NCBI GenBank assembly: GCA_965237905.1
Contig: OZ250172.1
Coordinates: forward strand, 1,696,001 to 1,760,000
From: Nitrospinaceae bacterium
GTDB taxonomy: Bacteria; Nitrospinota; Nitrospinia; Nitrospinales; Nitrospinaceae
Reading direction: 5' to 3'
Length of the DNA: 64,000 nt
Position 1 is the stretch's first letter. Every line of letters begins with the position of its first letter. This document shows, in pieces, positions 1 to 8,800 of the stretch. The translations under genes and the position numbers were made by a program. The notes under the pieces are model-generated. The model was not told the origin of the DNA. It saw only the letters and a list, made by a program, of their open reading frames with translations, and ran no database searches.

Positions 1-332
1 TGCCCTACGGCGTGCTTGGCGAATCGCCCCACACGCGCGAACTGATGGAAAACATCGCGCATGAAGTGTACGCGGTGATGATGGCGGCAGGCTACGCCAC
101 CCATTGGGCCAGCGCCGAAGATTACATCGATACCTTTTACAAACACCAACTGCCGCCGACCTACAGCCACGAACCGTCGATGTTACAAGATGTCCGCTCT
201 GGCAAACGCACCGAGATCGACGCCCTCAACGGTGCCGTCGTTTCACTCGGCAAACAGCACGGCGTCGCCACCCCCACCAACACCACCGTGTGCCGCATGG
301 TCCAATTCATGGAAAGCAGAAACCGAGCCTAG
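1..332 (+). CDS. panE: Ketopantoate reductase (PanE/ApbA family), C-terminal part, 5' truncated by window
   Basis: PSMLQDVRSGKRTEIDALNGAVV...HGVATPTN matches the ApbA C-terminal signature. Confidence 0.8.
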   Translation, partial: PYGVLGESPHTRELMENIAHEVYAVMMAAGYATHWASAEDYIDTFYKHQLPPTYSHEPSMLQDVRSGKRTEIDALNGAVVSLGKQHGVATPTNTTVCRMVQFMESRNRA

Positions 333-409
333 CTAAATTATCGCCCAAATATTCTAAACATCGTTTATCCTGAATCTGTTCGCCGGACATTACTTAATTT
401 CTTAAAAAA

Positions 410-1894
410 TTGGTTATGCTTCAGAAAATTCCCATCATCAAAAACCTGTCTCCCATCCAACGATCCTTCGCAATCACAGTGGGTGCGCTCCTTCTTTATG
501 AATTGATAGGATATGCCCCACTTACTTTTTTATTTCCAGATACTCATTTTTCAAATGTAGGACCTGATTTCAAGTTTACTAATCATTTTAATTTATTCCT
601 TTTGGGATTCATGCCGGCCATCTCGGGATTTTTTCTGGTGGAGGTTGGTTCATTCTTTCTGCCCCCTCTAAAATCCTGGCGCATGGAAGGAAAAAGGGGA
701 CGGAGTCGACTGACGAAATGGTCTCTAATAGTTTCTCTGGCCTTGGCTACTCTACATGCCTCAGCTTTAATCCATTCTTTTACCAGCCGTATCCTTCCCA
801 ACGGACAGCATCTTTTGGAAGATCCTTCTATTTTTCATCAAGGATTACTGGTGGTTGTGGTAGTGCTGGGATTCGCCATGCTCTGTGGTTTGGCGGAAAT
901 GATTACACGCCACGGCATCGGCAACGGTTTTGCCGTTATCATCGGTTACGGAATCATTTTCTCCATTCCCCAGTCTATTGTCGACCTATTTACCCAGGAC
1001 GTGGAAATTGAGAATTTATCTCTAGGGCGAAAAAATATCATGACGGGTGAACCGCCCAATCTGGTCGGTATTCTTCTATTCATTTTTGTTCTGGCGGTGC
1101 TTTACAAAAAGTTCTGGCGCGGAGTTCCTTTAACCGTGCTCTACAAAAAGTTCTGGAACAGCGTCCCTGTTTTATTGAAAAGAATCCGCCCGCCACTTCT
1201 AAAAATAAAAGTGAAAAGGAAACCGGTAAACTTCCAACTGCCTTACCTTCCGCAGGGGGTCTTCACTTTTATTTGGCCCTTCACCCTTCTGAGTTATGTG
1301 AACGCCCTTATTTTCAGTTGGGACTGGTCACATAATTATCTTGGCGACAACACCTGGACCTTTTGGCTGATTTATACCGTTCTGCTGGTTGGAACTTCTT
1401 ATCTCGGTTATTTCCTCATCTCCCATCCGGATCGAATCGCGCACAACACTTTGGGGAAAATTAAGTTTCAGGAAGGTTGGGAACAGAAAGTGGATTGGAA
1501 TGCCATCCGCGCCATAATCTTCATCACTCCGGTCTGGTTGCTGTGGAATGCTCCCTTATCGGTCTACGCGGAGGAAAGCATCCTGCTTGGGTCGCTTGGA
1601 CTTGGGAGTATCATTCTCTTGGCGGCATTCATTAAAGATGTGATCGAACAATACCGTTTCATGAAGAATGCCCAAAACCCGCATGTGCTGGCAACATTCG
1701 ATAACGTCCATTTCGTTACTTATCTGAAAGGATTGTTTGAAGCGGAGGGGATCCGGTTCTGCGTCCAGGCTTTTGAGTACCGCCGGTTGTTTTATTTTTT
1801 TGAACCGTTGATCAAAATGCGCGTCCTGGTCGACGGCCGCGACTGGGACAAGGCCAAGCAACTGGCTGATCTGGAAAACGTCACCATTATTTAG
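410..1894 (+). CDS. Divergent SecY-like membrane protein with C-terminal DUF2007-like domain
   Basis: SecY-like segments LLGFMPAISGFFLVE, EGKRGRSRL, ITRHGIGNGFAVII, HPDRIAHN; ~10 hydrophobic segments; C-terminal FDNVHFVTYLKGLFEAEGI...MRVLVDGRDWDKAKQL. Confidence 0.65.
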   Translation: MVMLQKIPIIKNLSPIQRSFAITVGALLLYELIGYAPLTFLFPDTHFSNVGPDFKFTNHFNLFLLGFMPAISGFFLVEVGSFFLPPLKSWRMEGKRGRSRLTKWSLIVSLALATLHASALIHSFTSRILPNGQHLLEDPSIFHQGLLVVVVVLGFAMLCGLAEMITRHGIGNGFAVIIGYGIIFSIPQSIVDLFTQDVEIENLSLGRKNIMTGEPPNLVGILLFIFVLAVLYKKFWRGVPLTVLYKKFWNSVPVLLKRIRPPLLKIKVKRKPVNFQLPYLPQGVFTFIWPFTLLSYVNALIFSWDWSHNYLGDNTWTFWLIYTVLLVGTSYLGYFLISHPDRIAHNTLGKIKFQEGWEQKVDWNAIRAIIFITPVWLLWNAPLSVYAEESILLGSLGLGSIILLAAFIKDVIEQYRFMKNAQNPHVLATFDNVHFVTYLKGLFEAEGIRFCVQAFEYRRLFYFFEPLIKMRVLVDGRDWDKAKQLADLENVTII

Positions 1895-1929
1895 AATTTG
1901 CTAAAAACGTCTTTCTATCACATTTCTCC

Positions 1930-2092
1930 CTTTGCCCCATACACATAAATCGGCAGTTTTATGTGTATAGAAATCGGGACTCAAAATCCTATTCATCCTG
2001 ATTATCCCGTTATCCTGTCAAAAATCCACCCAGCCCCCTTCACAAAGGGGGAGCAAAATCTCTGTGTCCTCCGTGCCCTCTGTGGTGATAAA
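1930..2092. repeat. Stack of miniature intergenic repeats/hairpins
   Basis: tacacataaa..tttatgtgta hairpin; aatcctattcatcctgattatcccgttatcctgtc; cccccttcacaaaggggg; ctctgtgtcctccgtgccctctgtggtga. Confidence 0.5.
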
Positions 2093-2218
2093 TCCTTTGA
2101 AAATCGCCAACTTACAACTAATTTCATTTTCTATGTCAACCGATCTCTCCCTGGCGCGTTTTACTGGATAGTGGCAATAAATCCATTACACTATATTAAA
2201 TAAACAAGGAGAGGCACA

Positions 2219-2698
2219 ATGTTGAAGAAAATGATTTCAGGAATATTCAGTCTTTTGATACTAATCCCCGCAACCACCGCGCTGGCAGATGGCCCCGGTC
2301 AGGTCATTCAGGACCGGCTGGATCATCGAGGCGATGTCATCGACGAACGGTTGGACCAGAGGGGTTCCAATATCAACGACCGCTTGGACCAACGAGGTTC
2401 CAACATCAATGATCGGTTGGACCAACGAGGTTCCAATATCAATGACCGGTTGGACCAGAAGTCTCAACAGGCCTTGGACGCCGGGAAACCCGGATTGGCC
2501 AAGCGGTTGGACCGTAAAGGCGACCGGGTTGAAAGACGTATGGACCGCAGAGGCGACCGCGTCGAAAAACGTATGGATCGCAGAGGCGATCGGATTGAAA
2601 AACGCCATGACCGCAGAGGCGACCGCATCAACAAACGTATGGATCGCAAAGGCAAGCGCATCCATAAAAGATCGCATCACCGCCGCGCAAGAAGGTAA
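2219..2698 (+). CDS. Exported protein with 11-aa (33-bp) tandem repeats (DRLDQRGSNIN / RMDRRGDRVEK)
   Basis: RBS aggaga, signal peptide ending ALA, clear 33-bp periodicity. Confidence 0.8.
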   Translation: MLKKMISGIFSLLILIPATTALADGPGQVIQDRLDHRGDVIDERLDQRGSNINDRLDQRGSNINDRLDQRGSNINDRLDQKSQQALDAGKPGLAKRLDRKGDRVERRMDRRGDRVEKRMDRRGDRIEKRHDRRGDRINKRMDRKGKRIHKRSHHRRARR

Positions 2699-2718
2699 GT
2701 GGCAAGTGGAATCAAATA

Positions 2719-2756
2719 CCGGCGGGGGGATGATGTTCCTCCGCCGGATTTTTTTT
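2719..2756 (+). terminator. Rho-independent terminator
   Basis: ccggcggggg..cctccgccgg stem followed by T8. Confidence 0.7.
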
Positions 2757-2782
2757 AACGTTCAACCTATTTCAGGAAACGC

Positions 2783-3334
2783 ATGCGGATGGAACGCCCG
2801 ACCATGGACGATTTTCTGGCATCTGTGGAACGCCAGGCCTTCCGCATGGCCGAGTTTGCCACCCGCAACGCCGATGAAGCATTGGACATCGTGCAGGACG
2901 CCATGATAAGTTTGGTGAAAAACTATTCCACGAAACCGGATGGGGAATGGAGGCCGCTGTTCTTTCGGATCGTGCAGAATCGTATCCGTGACTGGCACCG
3001 CAAAAAATCCGTCCGTGACCGTTGGAACGGGATGCGCAATTTATGGCAAGGGCAGGAAAGTGAAGATAAGGAAGATCCGATCCAAACCCTGGCCGACCCC
3101 AAAGGCAAGACTCCCGGCGAACAGGCGGCTCTCAAGAATTCCACGGTAGCGTTGGATTCCGCTCTCAAAACACTGCCGTGGCGCCAGCAACAGGCATTTC
3201 TGCTGCGTGCCTGGGAAGAAATGAGCGTGGCGGAAACCGCCCGCGCTATGAAATGTTCAGAGGGCTCGGTGAAGACTCATTATTCACGCGCCCTGCACAC
3301 TCTACGCAATTTATTGGAAGATCATTGGCCATGA
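2783..3334 (+). CDS. ECF RNA polymerase sigma factor
   Basis: Region 2 ADEALDIVQDAM; region 4 LPWRQQQAFLLRAWEEMSVAETARAMKCSEGSVKTHYSRA. Confidence 0.92.
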   Translation: MRMERPTMDDFLASVERQAFRMAEFATRNADEALDIVQDAMISLVKNYSTKPDGEWRPLFFRIVQNRIRDWHRKKSVRDRWNGMRNLWQGQESEDKEDPIQTLADPKGKTPGEQAALKNSTVALDSALKTLPWRQQQAFLLRAWEEMSVAETARAMKCSEGSVKTHYSRALHTLRNLLEDHWP

Positions 3335-3690
3335 ATGAACAAGACAAGGAAAAACAATTTATCGACAACGTCAAAAAGGCGTTGGACCTCGGTGCGGAAA
3401 ATCTGGACGCGGGCATTCAATCCAAACTCACCCGCGCTCGTCATCAGGCTTTGGACGCCGGTGAACGCAAGGGTTTCGACATCCGGCAATGGTTCACCCT
3501 GCCGGTAGCCGGCTGGGCCTCTGCATGTCTCATCGTGCTGGGGCTGGCGATTTATATACAACAACCCAACGGGACGCTCCCTCCGCTGGAAGACATCGAC
3601 CTGCTCGTCGCCGAAGACAACCTGGAATTTTATGACGGTCTCGAATTCTACGCCTGGCTGGCTGAGGAAAAAATAGATGCCGCCGGGTAA
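3331..3690 (+). CDS. Putative anti-sigma factor (DUF3619-like, one TM)
   Basis: ATG at 3331 overlaps sigma stop; LTRARHQAL, TM helix, DLLVAEDNLEFYDGLEFYAWL. Confidence 0.75.
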   Translation: MNEQDKEKQFIDNVKKALDLGAENLDAGIQSKLTRARHQALDAGERKGFDIRQWFTLPVAGWASACLIVLGLAIYIQQPNGTLPPLEDIDLLVAEDNLEFYDGLEFYAWLAEEKIDAAG

Positions 3691-3925
3691 AGGCCCCCTA
3701 TGGAGCACGGTACTTCTGCTGGGACTGTTAAATTTCCCGGCATTTGCGCAGGAACCGGGGCAGGTCCGGGAAGGGTCTGAAAATACGGAAATGCCCTCTC
3801 TGGAATTCCTGGAATTTTTGGGGGATTGGGAAACGGATGACGGTGAATGGATTGATCCGGAAGAGCTGGAACAAATCGCGCTTGATGATCAGGAACAAGA
3901 GGTTGAAGATGAAACACAAAAATAA
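3677..3925 (+). CDS. Small exported acidic protein
   Basis: Signal peptide; PSLEFLEFLGDWETDDGEWIDP; overlaps both neighbours. Confidence 0.65.
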   Translation: MPPGKGPLWSTVLLLGLLNFPAFAQEPGQVREGSENTEMPSLEFLEFLGDWETDDGEWIDPEELEQIALDDQEQEVEDETQK

Positions 3926-4514
3926 ATTAGCAGCGGTCACGGGAGGGTTCCTCCTGTTGCTGATGAGTCTGCCGGGCACCGGTTGGACGCAGGAGCCCGG
4001 AGTGCCTTGGGATCAGCTGAGTCCCAATGAGCAAAAGGTGCTGAAACCGTTTGCACAGCGGTGGGATCAACTGCCGCCGGACAAGCAGGCGCGGATGAAA
4101 AAAGGCGCGAACCGTTGGGGCCAACTCTCGCCGCAACAGCGCCAGAACATGAAACGACGGATGAAGACCTGGAAGGGGATGACACCGGAACAGCGCCAAC
4201 AGGTCCGCAAAAAATTCGATCGCTTCAGTAAACTGCCGCCGGAGAAACGCAAACAGTTGCGCCGCTCCCGAAAATGGTTCAACAATCTGCCGCCGGAGAG
4301 AAAACAGCAACTGAAAAAACGCTGGCAGAACTTGCCGCCGGATAAGCGGAAACAATTTCTCAAAAAACGGCAACACCGAGAGCAATCGAGGAAACGAAAA
4401 TTCCGGAATATGACGCCTCAACAACGCCAGCAGTTCCGTAAGAAAAGGCAGGATATGAACCCGGAACAGCGTCGGCAATTCAAAAAAAGGATGCAGAAAC
4501 GGCGGCAGAGGTAA
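3909..4514 (+). CDS. DUF3106-like periplasmic repeat protein
   Basis: Start MKHKNK at 3909; signal peptide; repeated W..L.PEQ/K helical motifs. Confidence 0.75.
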   Translation: MKHKNKLAAVTGGFLLLLMSLPGTGWTQEPGVPWDQLSPNEQKVLKPFAQRWDQLPPDKQARMKKGANRWGQLSPQQRQNMKRRMKTWKGMTPEQRQQVRKKFDRFSKLPPEKRKQLRRSRKWFNNLPPERKQQLKKRWQNLPPDKRKQFLKKRQHREQSRKRKFRNMTPQQRQQFRKKRQDMNPEQRRQFKKRMQKRRQR

Positions 4515-4670
4515 ATGCCTTGACGCGAAAAATACCGGGCACACCCTGCGATTAAAAGAGTTGAAAAACGCATTCTTAAGAAAACCCTCTCCATTAATAA
4601 ACCCCTCGTGCATCCCATTGTGTTCTACTGGATACATTACGGAATTATTCAGATCTTTATGGAGAAGAGT

Positions 4671-5030
4671 ATGTTTAAGAAATGTGCTGTCGGAATTTTC
4701 AGCCTGCTGATCTTTATGCCCGGTTCAACGGCCCTGGCCCATGAGGATGGCGCCAGCCAGAATTTCGAGAATCGGTTCGACTATAAAGAAGACCAGATCA
4801 ATCAACACCTGGACCAAAAAAGCGACCGAATCGAAAATCGCCTCGAACGTAAAGGCAATAAAATGGACCGGAAACTGGATCGCAAAAGTCAAAAAGCCCA
4901 TCGCAAGATGCACAAAAAAGGTCAGAAAATAGACCGCAAGATGCATAATACGGGATTCCAGCATGGCATGTCCCAGGCCCTCAACAACGGCAAGGGTAAG
5001 AAAAAAGGATTGCACCGGAAGATGCGCTAA
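4671..5030 (+). CDS. Exported 11-aa repeat protein, paralogue of 2219..2698
   Basis: Near-identical signal peptide (GIFSLLI..P..TALA); DQKSDRIENRLERKGNKMDRKL repeats. Confidence 0.7.
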   Translation: MFKKCAVGIFSLLIFMPGSTALAHEDGASQNFENRFDYKEDQINQHLDQKSDRIENRLERKGNKMDRKLDRKSQKAHRKMHKKGQKIDRKMHNTGFQHGMSQALNNGKGKKKGLHRKMR

Positions 5031-5040
5031 AAACGGCTGA

Positions 5041-5136
5041 GCGGAGTACCTCCGCCCGTAACTTTAAAACTTTTAGTTGTGCACAAGGATTGTCGTCCGC
5101 TGTTAACGGTCAACAAATTCCCCCTCTGGGAAAGAG
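5041..5136. repeat. Dispersed palindromic repeat family copy
   Basis: gcggagtacctccgc...ttgtgcacaa...tgttaacggtcaacaaattccccctctgggaaagag. Confidence 0.75.
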
Positions 5137-5171
5137 AAAACCCGCCTCCCTTTTGGGGATGGCGGGTTTTT
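5137..5171. terminator. Bidirectional terminator downstream of tRNA-Asn
   Basis: aaaacccgcc...ggcgggtttt. Confidence 0.7.
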
Positions 5172-5177
5172 CATATC

Positions 5178-5252
5178 TGGCTCCGGAGACAAGATTCGAA
5201 CTTGTAACCCGTCGGTTAACAGCCGACTGCTCTACCATTGAGCCACTCCGGA
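5178..5252 (-). tRNA. tRNA-Asn(GTT)
   Basis: Reverse complement folds as cloverleaf; anticodon loop ctGTTaa; GTTCGAA T-loop; CCA end. Confidence 0.95.
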
Positions 5253-5318
5253 ATGGTATTTGGATTCAGTTGGATTGGGGTCCAAGGTTCCCTAATTTAA
5301 GGAAAAATCAGGCCCCGG

Positions 5319-5921
5319 TCAAGTGTCAATTTCCATGCGGCCTTCCATAGATTTTTTGAGCGTGACCGGGTCGGCATATTCGATATCCCCGCCGACAGGT
5401 AGGCCACGTGCGATACGCGTCACCTTCACCCCGGCGTCTTTCAGCATACGGGCGATATAAATAGCGGTCGATTCCCCTTCCATGTCCGGATTAGTTGCCA
5501 GGATCACTTCGCGGGTACCGTTTCGGCCCACCTTCGTTTTTAAATCCTCGGTGGTCAAATCCTGCGGCCCGATGCCGTCGAGCGGCGAGATCACCCCCAT
5601 CAGCACATGGTACTCGCCCTTGTAGTCGCCCATGTTCTCTATCACGTACACGTCGTACGGCTCCTCCACCACGCAGATCTGATGATGGTCGCGTTTCGGG
5701 TCCTGGCAGATGTCGCACGGGTCTATTTCGGTGATGCCGTGGCAATTCGAGCAGAGGATGACCTTTTCCTTGATGTTCACAATCGTACGCGCCAGATTTT
5801 CCACCCGCTCCTTCTCGCCGCGCATCAGGTAAAACGACAGACGTTCCGCCGTCTTCTGGCCGATACCCGGCAGGCGTTTCAATTCTTCGATGAGTTCTTT
5901 AACCGCGGCGGGTCGTTTCAT
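5319..5921 (-). CDS. recR: Recombination mediator RecR
   Basis: LPGIGQKTAERL HhH, C4 zinc finger, TOPRIM EVILATNPDMEGEST, RIARGLPVGGDIEYAD. Confidence 0.97.
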   Translation of the reverse strand: MKRPAAVKELIEELKRLPGIGQKTAERLSFYLMRGEKERVENLARTIVNIKEKVILCSNCHGITEIDPCDICQDPKRDHHQICVVEEPYDVYVIENMGDYKGEYHVLMGVISPLDGIGPQDLTTEDLKTKVGRNGTREVILATNPDMEGESTAIYIARMLKDAGVKVTRIARGLPVGGDIEYADPVTLKKSMEGRMEIDT

Positions 5922-5950
5922 GGGAATTTATGGAATAAGGGGTTCTGCGC

Positions 5951-6268
5951 TCAGGGAAAAATGCCGGGGATTTTGATGCCGCCGGTGAGTTTGGTCATCT
6001 CTTCCTGCGCCAGATCCTTGACCTTGCGATGCACTTCGTTGATGGCACCGGCGACCAGGTCTTCCAGAATGGCGCGGTCCTTCATGTTGATCAGTTCTTC
6101 GTCGATGTGAATGTGCAGGATTTCGTTGTTGCCGTTGGCGGTGACTTTCACCATGCCGCCGCCGGTGGAGACCTCGACCTGTTTTTTGGCGAGTTCCTCC
6201 TGCATTTCGGCCATCTTCTCTTTCATCTGCGACGCCTGCTTGAACAGGTCGCCCATACCTTTAAACAT
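5951..6268 (-). CDS. ybaB: Nucleoid-associated protein YbaB/EbfC
   Basis: GGGMVKVTANG, LEDLVAGAINE; aggag RBS before MFKGMG; dnaX-ybaB-recR synteny. Confidence 0.95.
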   Translation of the reverse strand: MFKGMGDLFKQASQMKEKMAEMQEELAKKQVEVSTGGGMVKVTANGNNEILHIHIDEELINMKDRAILEDLVAGAINEVHRKVKDLAQEEMTKLTGGIKIPGIFP

Positions 6269-6279
6269 GATTCTCCTTT

Positions 6280-6448
6280 GCGGCAAATCGCCGCAGACCA
6301 GCGTAACGCTGGACCTGGTTCCGAATTGTGCTCAACAATTTCCCAATGCAGTCAACCGTCAACCAGTTTCATCTCCCCGTGAGGGGAGTTGCGCCCGAGG
6401 ATCATCGCCAGCCGTTAACGGTCAGCCAGTTCCCTGCCCTGGGAAGGG
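6280..6448. repeat. Dispersed palindromic repeat family copy (composite)
   Basis: aatcgccgcagaccagcgtaacgctgg...aattgtgctcaac...gttaacggtcagccagttccc. Confidence 0.8.
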
Positions 6449-8185
6449 CTAGCGGATGACAATGCCGCCGAAAATGTCCAGCGCGTCCTTTAAAACTTCC
6501 TCTTCAGAGGAAGAACCCTTTTTTGTGCGGCCCTTGCCGCCAGCGGCTTCCGGCTCGGGCGGATCGAGGGTGTCTGCCACCGAAGCGGATGTGGGTTTCC
6601 CCAACTGCAATTTGATTTTTATATCCGATTGGCCACACACCTGAGCCACGGCTTCCTTTAAAGCCTCAAAATTTTCTTCCTTCTCTACCAATCCCATGGT
6701 GTAAGGATCGGGAAAACTGAGGCGAATCTCTTTCGCGTCGAGCGCGGTCAACTGGCAATTATCCAGATAAGTACCGAGCGGACGTTTGATGGTCCCGGCC
6801 GCTGAACGAATTTTCTGCCACGCCCCCTCTGACGAGGGAGGCACCGGCGAAGCGCCGGAGCAAATTTCGTTGACCGTTGACGCCTGACGACGGTCTCCCG
6901 GCACATTTGGAGGATCCACCGGCTCATCGCGTTTCGGCGCAGGCTGTGCGGGTTCCGGTGCCGATTTTATGACCGTTGACCCCTGTCGATGATCGCTGGA
7001 CCCTGTTGAATAGCCGGGTCCAGCGTCACGCTGGCCCGCCGGGGAGGGTCCCTCCATGTGATTGATCTTATCGATCAACGCGTCGATTTCCCGCATGGGT
7101 CGAACATCTGTTAATCGTAGAACTGCCATCTCAAACAGGATCTGCGGCAGAGAACTGCGTTTCATTTCCATTTCCGCTTTCGACAACACCTGAAACATCT
7201 GTTGCAATTCATCCGGCTCGAACGAAGCGGCCTGTTTCTTGAGCGTGTCTAAATTCGTGGTCTGCCCGGACAACAACGATTCGGCATTGCCCGCCACTTT
7301 CACCAGCATCAGGTTGCGGAGATATTCGATAAGGTCGCGGCAGAAGTAGCCGAGGTCTTTGCCATGCGCAATGACTTCCGCCACCTGTTGCAGTAAACCG
7401 GCGGCGTCTCTTTGCATCACGCAGTCGACAAAAGCCGCCAGCGCGTTTTGTCCGACGATGCCGAGGACCGACTCCACCGCGCCGGAATCGATCTCTTTCC
7501 CGCAAAACGCGATGACCTGGTCCAACAGGCTTTGCGCGTCGCGCATACTGCCGGCGCCGTTCTTGGCGATCTCTTCCAGGCTGTGCGGATCAATTTGGAT
7601 GCCGTCGTGCTCGCAGATGGCTTGCAACTGGTCGATGATCTGCTGATGCGTGAGCGGTTTGAATTCGAAACACTGGCACCGCGAAAGAATGGTTTCGGGA
7701 ATTTTGGTCAACTCGGTGGTGGCAAAAATGAACACCACCTGCGGCGGCGGTTCCTCCAGCGTTTTGAGTAATGCGTTGAACGCGGCTTTCGACAACATGT
7801 GAATTTCGTCGATGATGTACACTTTGAAACGGCAGGCCGAGGTACTGTACTGAATATTATCGATCAGGTCGCGCACTTCGCCGACGCCGTTGTTGGACGC
7901 ACCATCGATCTCCATCACGTCGACGCTGATGCCATCGCGAATTTCCTTACAGAAATTGCACTGGTCGCACGGTTCGGGTGTCGGGCCTTCGGCGCAGTTG
8001 AGTGCCTTGGCAAGCAGGCGGGCAGTAGTGGTTTTGCCGACGCCGCGGGTGCCGGAAAACAGGTAGGCGTGGGCCACGCGGTCCATCCCGATGGCGTTGT
8101 GGAGGGTGCGGACGATATGCTCCTGTCCGATCAGCTCCGAAAACTTCTGGGGCCGCCATTTGCGGGCCGAAACCTGAAAATCCAT
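6449..8185 (-). CDS. dnaX: DNA polymerase III subunit gamma/tau
   Basis: ARKWRPQKF, GTRGVGKTT Walker A, IIDEIHML, SRC motif. Confidence 0.98.
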   Translation of the reverse strand: MDFQVSARKWRPQKFSELIGQEHIVRTLHNAIGMDRVAHAYLFSGTRGVGKTTTARLLAKALNCAEGPTPEPCDQCNFCKEIRDGISVDVMEIDGASNNGVGEVRDLIDNIQYSTSACRFKVYIIDEIHMLSKAAFNALLKTLEEPPPQVVFIFATTELTKIPETILSRCQCFEFKPLTHQQIIDQLQAICEHDGIQIDPHSLEEIAKNGAGSMRDAQSLLDQVIAFCGKEIDSGAVESVLGIVGQNALAAFVDCVMQRDAAGLLQQVAEVIAHGKDLGYFCRDLIEYLRNLMLVKVAGNAESLLSGQTTNLDTLKKQAASFEPDELQQMFQVLSKAEMEMKRSSLPQILFEMAVLRLTDVRPMREIDALIDKINHMEGPSPAGQRDAGPGYSTGSSDHRQGSTVIKSAPEPAQPAPKRDEPVDPPNVPGDRRQASTVNEICSGASPVPPSSEGAWQKIRSAAGTIKRPLGTYLDNCQLTALDAKEIRLSFPDPYTMGLVEKEENFEALKEAVAQVCGQSDIKIKLQLGKPTSASVADTLDPPEPEAAGGKGRTKKGSSSEEEVLKDALDIFGGIVIR

Positions 8186-8220
8186 ATTTTACAATGAGTT
8201 GTAAGGGAGTTAAAGCAAAG

Positions 8221-8330
8221 GCAGAATTGCTGGGTATCTCACAGCACCCGGGGATACTTGCTACCGCTGCTTCCTTCCGGATCTGACGGGGTTCACAAGG
8301 CCTCGTTGCGTGAGGCCCAACAAAACTGCC
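8221..8330 (-). ncRNA. ffs: Signal recognition particle RNA (4.5S)
   Basis: Minus strand contains gtcagatccggaaggaagcagcggta domain IV and pairing termini; usual position upstream of dnaX. Confidence 0.92.
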
Positions 8331-8364
8331 ATTTCGTATTCTGCAGACAATTGTATATCACCGG

Positions 8365-8800
8365 CTAGGCCGGGGCAAATTTAAAACCGGGCAAGGCCCG
8401 ATCAAGTGGCGAATCGCCGCCTCCTGCCCGGAGGGGGAGCTGGTTAATCATTACCTTCAAGCGAGAACCGTTGAGCGCAAATTAACACCTCCCTCCCTCC
8501 TTTTAAAGGAGGGGCTGGGGGTGGTTGATGACCCTTTCATCATTCTGTAGTTGCTCGATTGATCGAGCGGTTTTAAAAGACGCCCCATAAATGGAGCAAC
8601 TACAAAATAGGGAATAAAATTATCAACCCCACCTAACCTCCCCTTTGGAAGGGGAGAAATATTTCAGGTCCAGCGTCACGCTGGCCCCTTCGGGGAGGAG
8701 GCGGAGTACCTCCGCTGGTCACTTAAAAACCTTGAACTGCGCTCAATGATCATCGCCAGCTGTCAACTGTCAGCCAGTTCCCCCTCCGGGGAGGAGAGGG
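8365..8800. repeat. Composite of several REP/MITE-like repeats
   Basis: Two copies of the main family plus cctccttttaaaggagggg and tgtagttgctc...gagcaactaca hairpins; parts recur inverted at 21521-21608. Confidence 0.75.

Noticed and set aside
2340..2660. 33-bp periodic repeats as a CRISPR array
   Set aside because: Contiguous coding repeats of 11 aa with no unique spacers and no cas genes.
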